Below are positions 21,494-32,254 of a stretch of 64,000 bases of DNA, piece after piece. The stretch comes from Naegleria gruberi. Its lineage: Eukaryota. The first letter of the stretch is position 1; every line of letters starts with the position of its first letter. A model generated the notes under the pieces. The model had not been told where the DNA came from. It searched no databases and was given only the letters and a program-made list of their open reading frames with translations. The position numbers and the translations under genes were made by a program. The stretch is from assembly GCA_000004985.1 (NCBI GenBank), contig GG738925.1. One strand, written 5' to 3'.

Positions 21494-22671
21494 TTAAGGA
21501 GAAAGTAAATACTTGAGTAAGGCACAATACCAAATAATATTTTTAGGTTCTTCCAATTTAGTATTAGTAATATCCAAATGTAAACTTTCAAAATTATCAT
21601 AGGCAAATTTATCAGCTTGCTTATTTGAAATTATTCTCTTTTCTTTCTTATCTTTCTTGGTTGAGATTAGAATAACTTCTGCCTTTGAAGCATGCTTCTT
21701 GATTGTTTCTGCTTTTTCTTTCATTGATTCAGATGCAAAATTATTAGAAGGATCGATCAGTAATAGAACAACTGATGCATTTCTGTAAAATGACAAAGAA
21801 ACTCGACTATAACGCTCTGGTCCAGATTGATCCCACAATTGCTATAATTGACTTGATTGATTTAAGAGCTAATGTTACTTACCATCTTGATTTTGGTAGT
21901 ATCTCCAAATTGGAAATTCTTGATTCCAAAATCAACTCCAATTGTTGGGATGTGATGATTTCTTGAAGCATTCACTGGTATTTCATTCATTGCACAATTA
22001 AACAATGAAGTCTTTCCACTTGCATAATCACCATCCAAAACTACCTTTGTCAGAAAATCATACTCTGGTCTGGGTTTAGATTCAGCAGTTACCTTGGTCT
22101 CAGGAATACTATTAGTACTATTAGATATAGTAGTACTTGAACTACTTGCAGGATTCTTTGCAAACATTGATCCAATAAATGATAAGGCACCACTGAAAAA
22201 TCCTCTTGATGATGAATTGCTCTCATCAACTTTCTGGACTGGTTTTGGAGGTGGAATCATTGGTTGATCTGTCAAATCAGAGAATCTTTTAAAACATTCC
22301 TTCAAAACACTCAATTCCACATCAACCCACTTTTCTTTGATTGAACATGATCGAATATCTTCAGAAACTGATGAAATCTTTGCCAATTTACAAGCAAAAT
22401 CATAAACCCCTTTACGTAATAAATATCTAATAAATTTCCTTCCTTGTTTTGAATGTAAAAATTGATCCAAATCAGCAAATTGTAATTTCGGATTTAAATT
22501 CGTTAATTGTAAAATTGATTTTTCATAATAATCCCAAATTAATTCATAGCAAATTCGTTGCCAATATTTACAAACTCGAGAGAAGGTAACAAGCAATTCT
22601 ACATGACTGATATGAGAGAGAATTTCTCCGATCAAATCGTTGGGTAAAACTTCAAAGATGTTTTGTGCCAT
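21494..22671 (-). CDS. F-box–Rab-like small GTPase fusion protein. Exons: complement(join(21494..21841,21883..22671)).
   Basis: N-terminal F-box (LPNDLIGEILSHISHVELLVTFSRVCKYW). C-terminal Rab-like G domain: GDYASGKTSL (G1), TIGVDF (switch I), KIKM|QLWDQSGPERY (G3, restored across a 41-nt GTAAGT...TTATAG intron), then ISTKKD (divergent NKxD). No C-terminal prenylation cysteines. Confidence 0.7.
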
Positions 22672-22976
22672 TTTTTTTTTTTAGAAACTTTTTTGTAAAG
22701 TTTTATTAGGTCTTGATCGTTGAATATTCAAATAGTTGACAATATTCAATACACAGTTGGGAAAAAACACAAAAACCTATAAAATAAAAATTGGTTTCCA
22801 GTGGAAACAAATGAGATTTGATTTTTGGAAATCGAACCGAACACCAAATAATGGAAGGAACATTTAAGAACATTTAAGCAATTGAAGAAATTGAATCAAA
22901 ACAATGAAACATTTCAAAAAATCAATAAATTTGATAAGGCTGAGTTGCTCTCAATTTCACAATTTACAAAAAAAAA

Positions 22977-24935
22977 ATGCCGTGTGATACCAATAATGAC
23001 GCCTCTGACACCGTTGCCTCCGCACCAGCATCATTCATGTACGAAGAAATAACATGTAATGAGCTTCTACTGCTTCATTCATATAATTCACAAATTAAAA
23101 AGTGGATAAAAACTGACGCTCATGAAAATACTCATGAATTTTATATGGAACGGGAAGATTCCGATGATGATGATGATGATGAAGATGATGAAGATTATGT
23201 AGAGGATAATCAAGTTGATGATGAAGAAAAGGTTGATAATGAAAAGAATTTATTCGAAAGAAGAATGATATTTAATTCTGTGAGGGGTAGAACTACAGAA
23301 CTTGGATATTTGGATCCGTGTGATGATTATCACATCAGAGAATATAATGATGATTGGGGACGTGTGGAGGAAGTTGAGGAAATTAATATTGGACTATTTT
23401 ATAATCACCTTTCGAATGAAAATTTTGTAGAGGAGAGGGAAAAGTTTACCTATGAATGGAAAGATAACATTCTCTGTTTTAGAATAATGCCATATGATTT
23501 TGACTCTTTGGGAAAATATGACATGATGAAAGTTATTGGTGAGATTGAGAATGAAAATTATGCGAAACAATTTGTTGAGGAACAGATTGAATATACGAAA
23601 TCACCAGAAACAAAGGTCAATTATATGGAATTTGTGAATAATCATGCCATTGTTTCAGTATTTGATTATCTTGATACATGTTTCTTGTTGAAAACATGCT
23701 CAAAAGTTTCTTCGGAATGGCACAAAATGTTGTTTTACAATTCACATATTCAAAATCATATTTTCAAAGGTAGATTACTGGATTTATTCGATGGACAATT
23801 TGACCATTTGAGTCGCTTGAATGAGTTTTATAATTTGAATTGGTTGGAAACTTATCTGATGAGTGGTGCGTTCGTTTTTGAAATGTTTCAAGAGGGATTG
23901 TTAGGTCAATTGGAACACTTTGCTCATTTAAATGCAGTTGAAGTAGAGCAATTCTTTTACATTGTTCTCAAATTAGATCCTCTTCCTCATCTGGTTGATG
24001 ATTTGAAGGATGATCATCCACTGATTAATAGATTGAAACTCTTACCCCCAAAGAGAGTACTGTTCAGTGTTAATACTCTACCAGAGGTAAAGAGAATGGT
24101 ATTCAAAAGAGGATTTTTAACACATCTTTTGAGTGTGGAAGATAATTGTGATCCTGAAGTAGTGATGGAAAAAATTCTTATGGCCAAATGTGTAATTCCA
24201 ATTCAAGATTGCGAATTTTCAGTAGATTTCAAGAAGGGAATTTCTTTATATGACGAATTTTTGAAAGAACTTTCTTCAAAATTATTATCATTTAGAATAC
24301 CATCAAAAAAGACAGATTCAGAATTGGATTGGGCTGCCAATTGTCTCTGTGAAATGAGAGAAAAGGCTAGCTATTTCATTCACAATATTATTCCCGCCCA
24401 TCCATTTACCAAGCTTTGTGTGGATGATGATATTCTCATTGGACTCCATCTACTCTTACTCGATAACATTTATTCTAAAATTGACTTTCTAACAAACATT
24501 CCAATCCTCAACTTTTTGGAATTATTGGAAAATAGAAAGAGGAATGAATTGACCAATATCAAATCCCTCCTTCCTGAAAAATTCCAATCCAACCTATTTG
24601 AAATGATGTTACAAGAACCATCACCATATCAATTTACATCTGATTCTCTCACTCCATTTAATCAACCATCAAATTTATTAGAATTTTTAACAGAACATGT
24701 TATTGAACCGAGTGAAATTTATCAAGAAAATAGAAAATTCTCTGAATGGATTGATAGGGATATTGAGGAATATTTGAAATTCATTAAAACATTCCACACC
24801 AAGTCAATTACACCACCTAAACATGTTGACATGTTATTTCACTTTCACATGTTACATCCAAACAATTACATGCCAGATTGTTTGAGAATTGCAAGATCAA
24901 TCAAGAATCACAAATTTAACTTTATTAAAAATTAA
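22977..24935 (+). CDS. hypothetical protein with an acidic tract and an F-box-like segment
   Basis: 652-aa ORF, aaaaaaaaATG start, D/E run, F-box-like VSVFDYLDTCFLLKTCSKVSSEWHKMLF. Confidence 0.5.
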   Translation: MPCDTNNDASDTVASAPASFMYEEITCNELLLLHSYNSQIKKWIKTDAHENTHEFYMEREDSDDDDDDEDDEDYVEDNQVDDEEKVDNEKNLFERRMIFNSVRGRTTELGYLDPCDDYHIREYNDDWGRVEEVEEINIGLFYNHLSNENFVEEREKFTYEWKDNILCFRIMPYDFDSLGKYDMMKVIGEIENENYAKQFVEEQIEYTKSPETKVNYMEFVNNHAIVSVFDYLDTCFLLKTCSKVSSEWHKMLFYNSHIQNHIFKGRLLDLFDGQFDHLSRLNEFYNLNWLETYLMSGAFVFEMFQEGLLGQLEHFAHLNAVEVEQFFYIVLKLDPLPHLVDDLKDDHPLINRLKLLPPKRVLFSVNTLPEVKRMVFKRGFLTHLLSVEDNCDPEVVMEKILMAKCVIPIQDCEFSVDFKKGISLYDEFLKELSSKLLSFRIPSKKTDSELDWAANCLCEMREKASYFIHNIIPAHPFTKLCVDDDILIGLHLLLLDNIYSKIDFLTNIPILNFLELLENRKRNELTNIKSLLPEKFQSNLFEMMLQEPSPYQFTSDSLTPFNQPSNLLEFLTEHVIEPSEIYQENRKFSEWIDRDIEEYLKFIKTFHTKSITPPKHVDMLFHFHMLHPNNYMPDCLRIARSIKNHKFNFIKN

Positions 24936-25002
24936 ACTTACAATTATTGTAAAATGACGTTTACAAAAAAGTGCAAATTCAAAATTTCTCAAATTAAAAA
25001 AA

Positions 25003-25905
25003 ATGCCACAACAAGAACTCACCATTCCTTTGCCACTCATTGCATTATACTTAGGCAGCGCCTCGGAAGTGAGTAAATTAATGTTCCTCTGTAGAAATTC
25101 TCGTAAAATTTTACAAGAATCGGAACAAGTTGATCTTGAAATCTTTCATCCAATCGTTGAAGATTTAATTATTCGAAAATTGGGAGGAAACAGCAAAGAA
25201 TTACTCGAACACTCGCCAACTAAGAGTTGGTATGAAATATTGATGGAATTTTACAATTTTCCATTTAAATACTCGGAAGAAATTGATCTATTTAATCATG
25301 ATGAATATTTAACATTTAAGAATTGTGGAGGAGTTACAATGATTTTCATATACGAACCATGTGAATTGATGGAAATTGTGTTGAGAAAGGTGAATGAAAG
25401 TAAAATGATGGAATTTCACAAAATTCTATTCGCACTCTCAGTATTACAACAAGAAGACATTCCTGAACTAGCTCCATTGAGTGTGAAATTGAGTAGTAAT
25501 GATTCGAATCAGCCAATTTCGTATGGAAAATTATTCCTCTTAATGATGAATGACAAATTGAAATATTGTGAAATTTCCAATACTTTTGAAACTATTCGAT
25601 TTGATTCGTTTCCAAAATTCAAACCTCAAAAAACTAAACTCTCTCCAGCCAATGATATTTTCAAATTATGTGAAAATCCTCCATACGGAATCAAAAATAA
25701 GAATTCACTCAATTTGACAAAAATAAGAAGTGACATTTATGGAGATTACAAAAGTTTGGAATCGTATAATTGGGAATCTCATTTGGAAACTGAATGGAGT
25801 TCATTTTGGGAAGCAGGTAAAGAATGGTGGGGAACCTATGCACATTCTTCCTACTTTCCTATTCGAAACCTTTTCATTATTGCATTTGCCTCAACCACTG
25901 ACTAA
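25003..25905 (+). CDS. hypothetical protein (300 aa)
   Basis: ORF with aaaaaaATG start. There is a weak F-box-like N-terminus. No recognised domain. Confidence 0.45.
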   Translation: MPQQELTIPLPLIALYLGSASEVSKLMFLCRNSRKILQESEQVDLEIFHPIVEDLIIRKLGGNSKELLEHSPTKSWYEILMEFYNFPFKYSEEIDLFNHDEYLTFKNCGGVTMIFIYEPCELMEIVLRKVNESKMMEFHKILFALSVLQQEDIPELAPLSVKLSSNDSNQPISYGKLFLLMMNDKLKYCEISNTFETIRFDSFPKFKPQKTKLSPANDIFKLCENPPYGIKNKNSLNLTKIRSDIYGDYKSLESYNWESHLETEWSSFWEAGKEWWGTYAHSSYFPIRNLFIIAFASTTD

Positions 25906-25967
25906 ATTTTCACACACAGACTTTCAAACACAAATTAGAGAAGAAACTATTTAATATTTACAATTTT

Positions 25968-27369
25968 TTAACTTCTCTTTGGATTAAAATGAAAGAAAAC
26001 CAAATTTTCTGATTGATTTCTCTTTCCCTCGCTATAAGTGTGAAATTGCCATGGAGATTCTTTTGAGAATGAATTTGAATTCGAAACATGACCTCTATAA
26101 ATGGAAGTATTTGTGGAGTTTGATGAAGTGGTCTTTTTGGTTGGTGAATCTGAAACTGAATTGTTTCGATCTCTCTTTTTGGAAACCTTTTTGGTGTTTA
26201 TGGGAGGTGGACCAAGTACTTTCGAATAATTATTATTGTGATTGGATTGTTGATGAGATGAAGTATTATTTTGCATCGTCATCATTGGTGTGGAATCTAC
26301 AGAGGTGGACATAAGTGGTCGTTTCTTCCTTTTTGGTAGACGTGCTTGTTTTGGAAGGTGGAATGAGTTATTCGAAACAGCCGAAGATTCTTGAGATTTG
26401 CTTGGAGAGTTCCAGCACAGTGTTTGGTGGTTCATTGTTTGCACAGGTAACAAGTTATTAGAAACTTGACTTGATTGCATCTCGAGCTTTGGTTGGTTTC
26501 GAATAGAATTTCCCACAGCAGTAGCATGATCATCTGCTGCTGTTGAAGAATTAGCAGAAACTTTCTGATAAATTTGTTGTTGCTGGTCAACCTTCTCTTG
26601 TTTAATGTTCTGAGCAAGTTTCGAATAGAGTCCATTCATAAATCTTTGTTCAATCATTTCCATTTCGTTCTCAGTGAACGACAACATTAAATTACATTCA
26701 CTTTCGTCTAGATTAGTTTTCACACAATTCACACAACCATCTTTCATTTCGAATAAATGTTGTAGCTGAGAAAGTGGTAACATTTGGCAATAATCGTCTT
26801 GGTTCTGTTTTTTCTGTGTGAAAATTAAATCTTCAGGGTCCTTTCGTACGGTTTCTTCCCCACAAATTTGGAAATTGTGTGAAGTTGACAAGGGCAAACT
26901 ATGAGGGTGAATTGGAGTTGAGCAATGTTGTGATCTATTCTCACCAATTGCTTCTTCTTCTTGTGATGGTAGTGATGGTGAGGAAGAAGAACTTTGCATT
27001 TGGTAGAAACTAGTTGGGTTTCCAATAGTATTATTCGAAAGTTGATGATTGGATTCTTGATGGCTTAACATTGATGCAAGAAACTCGTGGATTTTGTTAT
27101 TAATCATGTATGAAATTTGGTCTTTGTAAAATTTCAGATCGATATTATTCGAAACTTGATTACTTACCTTGTTGATGATCATCAGATTGAATATTAAACA
27201 ATGTTGGTAGTGGTGGTGATGAATAATCCTGTTGTTGATATTGTTGTTGATTATTTCTGTCAATTAATTCTGTCAAATGTTGTTGATAATTTTCCATGTC
27301 ATCTTTGGGTAAGATTAGGTTCATTGATTTGAAGAGTTTTTTTATGATTCTCCACAACGCAAACTCCAA
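25968..27369 (-). CDS. Q/N/S/H-rich low-complexity protein; possible 2-exon structure complement(join(25968..27121,27168..27369))
   Basis: ORFs 27160..27369 and 25968..27263 can be joined by a 46-nt GTAAGT...CAAAG intron. The alternative is a single exon starting at 27263. The sequence is heavily low-complexity. Confidence 0.35.
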
Positions 27370-28836
27370 ATATTAAACAGTATTGAAGGTTAAATTATTG
27401 CAACAGTTACAAACGGTTGGTATTTACCTCAGTTTCGTACAAGTTTCGTATAACAATTTTCACATGCTTGGAAGAGATTCTTTCCATTTCTTATCCACCT
27501 GTACCGAAATAACTCCTGCCACCGGCATTAGAATGATGACATGTGGTGGACAACTAAACAATTCTGTTCAAAGTTTTCTATTTTTAATGTTCATGATTTG
27601 CCGAAACTAGAAACCAAAAGAAAACTTTGCCGAATTCTTCTAGAAATCATCATAAATGTCAAGTCAAGAGAATTTCATGACTGTTTGATTGCGGAGAGCT
27701 TGTTCTTTAAATGTTATTAGAACCTGCTGTCGATGTGTTTGAAACATTTCAAGAAAGTATTTGAAACGAATCATATTTCGAATAAAGAAGAAATAAAGTT
27801 ACTTGTCTTTTTTATCGAGATTGAGTGGTTTTTTGATCAATCTACAATTAATTTGCAATATGTCTGGTTTCTTTCTTTTACAATTATTCCAAGAGATGAG
27901 AAAAAGATTGAGTGCACACTGCTACTACTGAAAATCTTATTCGAAACCATTCTAACAAATCAAGATTGTTAATTATCTTAATTCTATTGGCAACCAAAGC
28001 ACTAAAACAACAATCCATGAACACTTCACTGACTATTCTTCATTTCAAATATTTGCACTATCCAAATATATTAATTATAAAAGGAAAGTCAAAAACAAAT
28101 CAGTTGAATTAGTTGAAAATCTCAAAGACCCTGGTTACCTCTAAAATAAAGCTCAATGCTAAAATGAAGGAAAGCGATGAAGAGGGGTAAATTTAATCCT
28201 CATGGATGCAGAACTTTCGAATAAAAAAGATGTATGAGTTTCATCGCAAATTGTTCGTCATATTGGAAATTCAATATTGATTTAAGAAATTGATGATGAA
28301 TGTGGAATAATTGACCAATTTTAAATGTTATAGTTGTTTATCCATTTGATTAGTTATTTTGGTTGTCCTTGAAAATTATTCTAAACGAAACTGATTTACT
28401 GTTTCAACTACAGCTTCTCAATTTTACAAGAAATTGATAACGAGAAGGGAGGTTTATTCAATTTTCAAATAGGAAATAAAAAAATTAACAAATTGCAAAT
28501 TTTTAAATATTTAAATAACTTTTCAAATATATTTATAATTCTATATTGAAAATTCCTATTATTATTAATAGATGATAGATTATTTTTTACATGATTGAAA
28601 TTTATTTGATTTGAATAAAATAAATTAAACAAAATTCAAACTTGTCAAATTAAAATATTTAACATAATTTTATCTGATTAAAAGTTTTTCAATTTACTAC
28701 ATTGGTCTCTTTTGAGTAGAGTAGTAAGAAAGAAAACAAATCAAATGGAAAGTGATGATTCTTTACAAGCTTCTATTTTCCAGTCAGTTGTCATCAATCT
28801 GTCAAACTGATTTTTCATCAACTTTAAAAAAAATAA

Positions 28837-30453
28837 ATGAATATTTTCAAATGTTCAATCTCCTCCGATAAATCAAACAATAACCAACAACAAGAACATT
28901 TAGCAAGAGAAGATCCTGTCACTCATCAATTAATTGTAAATCAAAAGAAAAAAAAGAAAAATCAAACTTTACCGCCAAACAGTTTTACTTTAATTGGAAC
29001 GAATAATAAGAATTACATTTACAAACCATTAAAAAAATTAAGTAGTGGAGCATCAAATACAAGTGACGTTTGGCAGATTGAATTAATTGAACCACATGAT
29101 ATAAAAGGAATTTATGCCTTAAAAAGAATTAAATTAGATGATATAGATAATTATGATTATGGATCAAATTTATTACTAAAACAGACAATTGACATGAATA
29201 TTGATAAGAATTGTGTCAATTCAACAACTCTTTCAGATTTGGAACATTTAAATATTGTAAAATATTTTGATTCTTTCATTTCTCAAAATATTGGCGGGAA
29301 ATATTTAAATATTTTACAAGAATTTTGCATTACTTCATTACAAAAACTTTTTGATTTGAAACAGGACATTCCAATAAGTTATCAGATTCAATGGTCACTT
29401 CATATTGCACAAGCTTTGAAATATATTCATGACGAATGTAAAATAATTCACAGAGATGTTAAACCTGATAATATTTTATTGAAAAAAGTTATTTCTAATA
29501 ATTTACCTAATTTGGCAAATTTAAATAATAATAATTTGAATAATAATTCGAATAATAATAGTGCGAATAATGATGGTGGTGCAAATAATGAGAAACAGAA
29601 TAATTTATCAATTAATACAACAATTCAAGTGAATAATGGAAATTCCAATCAGAATTTTACAAATATTAATAATGAAAAGAGTCCTGCCTCTCCACAATCC
29701 AAACTCATTATCAAACTTGCTGATTTTGATTATGCAAAGAAGGTTGATTTGAGTAATGCCAAAACATTTGTTGGAAGTCAGGAATATTTTGCACCAGAAA
29801 TTATTAACAGTTTAAATAATTACAATCTCTCAAAGAGTAATGGAATGTATCAGTCATGTGGTAATAATGGAGTTGGCAGTAGTAGTACTACTACTAGTAG
29901 TAATGGTTCTAATCATACAAATGATAGATATTACTATACTCATAAGGTAGATATTTGGTCATTTGGAATTGTTGCCTTCCAGCTCATTAAACCAATTTAT
30001 CGATTGAACATTCCCAAATTTAGAGAAGAATTGCAAAAGAATCCAAATTATGTGAAGGAATTATTGAAAGATCACTTGAATATTTCCTCTTCAAATTTTG
30101 AAACTCAAAGAAAACCTCAATCTCTTCCCAACTCTAATAATCATCTCTATTTACAATGCCTGGCTCAGATCATTGTTGATTGTTTACAATTGGATCCAAC
30201 AGCAAGACCAGAAGCTAAAGATATTGTAAGAAATATTGAAATTATATATTATAGTACCTATACCAAATTCAATTCCCCTGTAAAACCACCAAATCAACAA
30301 CAACAAACTACTTTAGGTAGTTCAACAATTAATGAACCACCTCCAAATAGTGTTCTGACTCGAACGAGTCTGAGCAGTGATAAATCCTCCTCATCAACAC
30401 AAGAAGGAATCAATCATGATACAGCTTGTCTACTTAATAAATCATTGATGTGA
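28837..30453 (+). CDS. Ser/Thr protein kinase with a ~100-aa Asn-rich insert
   Basis: Kinase subdomains YALKRIKL (VAIK-like), HRDVKPDNILL, KLADFDYAK (DFD in place of DFG), YFAPE. Poly-N insert NLNNNNLNNNSNNNSANN... between subdomains VIb and VII. Confidence 0.8.
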   Translation: MNIFKCSISSDKSNNNQQQEHLAREDPVTHQLIVNQKKKKKNQTLPPNSFTLIGTNNKNYIYKPLKKLSSGASNTSDVWQIELIEPHDIKGIYALKRIKLDDIDNYDYGSNLLLKQTIDMNIDKNCVNSTTLSDLEHLNIVKYFDSFISQNIGGKYLNILQEFCITSLQKLFDLKQDIPISYQIQWSLHIAQALKYIHDECKIIHRDVKPDNILLKKVISNNLPNLANLNNNNLNNNSNNNSANNDGGANNEKQNNLSINTTIQVNNGNSNQNFTNINNEKSPASPQSKLIIKLADFDYAKKVDLSNAKTFVGSQEYFAPEIINSLNNYNLSKSNGMYQSCGNNGVGSSSTTTSSNGSNHTNDRYYYTHKVDIWSFGIVAFQLIKPIYRLNIPKFREELQKNPNYVKELLKDHLNISSSNFETQRKPQSLPNSNNHLYLQCLAQIIVDCLQLDPTARPEAKDIVRNIEIIYYSTYTKFNSPVKPPNQQQQTTLGSSTINEPPPNSVLTRTSLSSDKSSSSTQEGINHDTACLLNKSLM

Positions 30454-30468
30454 ATAGTGTGTAAATTA

Positions 30469-31134
30469 TTATTTATTCATCTTTAATTTCAATTCATTCA
30501 CTTGTTTAATCAGAGTTTCCTTAACACTTTGTGAACTTTCCAATTCAATTGCCTTTTCATAATTTCTAATTGCTTCTTCATATTTGTTAAGAGTTTCTTT
30601 CACTTTTGCCATTCTGGAATAAGCTTTGGAATAATTTGGATCTAACATGATTGCAAATGAACAAGCTTGTTCACTTTCTTCCACTCTCTTACAAAAGAAC
30701 AATGCCGAAGCTAAATTACTATAATAAACAGCTTGTTCAGGAGCAATTAAACAAGCAGAAATATAAAGATCAACAGCTGTTGCAAATTTCTTATTCTTCA
30801 AATATTTGTTTCCTTCTTCCTTGTATAAATTAGCTAATTGCTTATTAAATAATTCAACAGCTTGTCCTTGTTCCTTCTTTTTATATCCAGCTTGTTCCAA
30901 TTTTTCCAAATATCTATAGACTTGATATTGAATATCCTGCTGACTCAGCAAGACTGTATGTCCAGTTAATTTAGAATTATATTCATATAATGAATAAATA
31001 TAACGGGATGCTTGTGCCACTATAAATTCATTGGGTTTGTTTTTTTGAGTTGTTGTCGGTGTTGTTGGTGTTGTTGGAGTATTGCTGATGGCTTCTTGAA
31101 TGGTTGGAGTTGATGGTTCTTGTTGTTGTTGCAT
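30469..31134 (-). CDS. TPR-repeat protein
   Basis: Three consecutive TPR-like 34-aa units (KYLKNKKFATAVDLYISACLIAPEQAVYYSNLASALFF...DPNYSKAYSRMAKV...YEEAIRNYEKAIELE). The N-terminus is T/P-rich. The gene is convergent with the kinase, with a 15-nt gap. Confidence 0.65.
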   Translation of the reverse strand: MQQQQEPSTPTIQEAISNTPTTPTTPTTTQKNKPNEFIVAQASRYIYSLYEYNSKLTGHTVLLSQQDIQYQVYRYLEKLEQAGYKKKEQGQAVELFNKQLANLYKEEGNKYLKNKKFATAVDLYISACLIAPEQAVYYSNLASALFFCKRVEESEQACSFAIMLDPNYSKAYSRMAKVKETLNKYEEAIRNYEKAIELESSQSVKETLIKQVNELKLKMNK

Positions 31135-31369
31135 TTTTCTTATATTAAATTGTTATCTTCACAATCAATAATATTTTGATTGAATTAATTATTCGGATGG
31201 TAACATGAGGTAATTTAATATTATATTTAATATTATATTTAATTGTTTTTCATCATGAATAGGATGAGGAAATTTAGATTTTATTATTCAAGCCTAATTA
31301 AAATGTTTTTATACATGTGTGTTGTTTGTTGATAAGATGTGTAAATGTTATTGTTGGTAAGTTCAAAAT

Positions 31370-31942
31370 TTACTTTTGGAGAGCTTCTTCGTTTTGCTTC
31401 ATGGCACTTTCCAGTATCCAATTATTGTATTCGGATTCAATTCTTTTAGTTTCATATTGTTCGAGTTGAACTTCAGAAATACCCTTCCACAAATCCTTCT
31501 TCAAAGCTCCGTGAATCTTTTCTGGTGTTTCCTTGGTTGGTTTTCCATTATAATAAAAGAGACCCCAAACTGAACCGTGTTTACCATCCTATTAGTATTA
31601 TTAAATTATTATTATGAAGATGATGACATCCGCAATCATTGTCCAAATATTAAATTCCAATATTAATTTTGTTAGTATAATTTCATCCACCATTAAATAT
31701 AATATTCCAGTCAGCAATTCCTAAAAACTTTCGGAAAGAATACGTACAGCTGAGAGGTTAACTTTAGAAATTCTATAGTATGAATCAAACTTCCACGTCT
31801 TTCTCTTAAAGCACAAATCAATACCATTTCTAGGGGATCTTGAGAGTAAATCATACAAGTTAGTACCCTTCTTGTTCAACTTTTCTGTTGTTTGAAGAGC
31901 GGCTTTGATATATTCAGTGGCTGGTTTAAGACTCTTGCTCAT
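31370..31942 (-). CDS. small conserved-looking protein (~137 aa). Exons: complement(join(31370..31588,31748..31942)).
   Basis: The 65-aa first exon (MSKSLKPATEYIKAAL...KVNLSA) is joined via a 159-nt GTACGT...CTAATAG intron to a 72-aa exon (DGKHGSVWGLFYYNGKPTKETPEKIHGALKKDLWKG...). Identity not recognised. Confidence 0.45.
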
Positions 31943-32254
31943 TTTTTATTAATTCATTTCTTTTCTTCATCATGATGAAAGAAGTGCTCTAGCGAAAATT
32001 TATCATTGCATAGAAAACAATTATTAGTAATAAGGATTCTAAACATGATGCCATTCAATAAATTAATTTATTCTTCAACATTTTCAAACCTTCCGATCAC
32101 AGCATGAAAGATGTGAAGAATATTTAATTTTAGCCTTGTATTTTGCAAAAATTCAATCAATTTAAAAAATAAGACCTTGACTTGATTGGAAAATCATCAT
32201 CAGCCTTTGAAGATTTATTAATCATTTTGAAAACAACACAAACACAAACGGAAA

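Noticed and set aside
21831-21840. 'tcccacaatt', resembling the dictyostelid ncRNA upstream element (DUSE, [AT]CCCA[CT]AA)
   Set aside because: It lies inside the coding exon encoding the Rab G3 motif (QLWDQSG) on the opposite strand, so it is most likely coincidental.
27370-28836. Short ORFs (27383..27610, 27733..27972, 27912..28112) in the 1.4-kb AT-rich intergenic region upstream of the kinase
   Set aside because: Composition is intergenic-like (homopolymer A/T runs), with no start context or motifs. The region is more likely promoter or UTR sequence.
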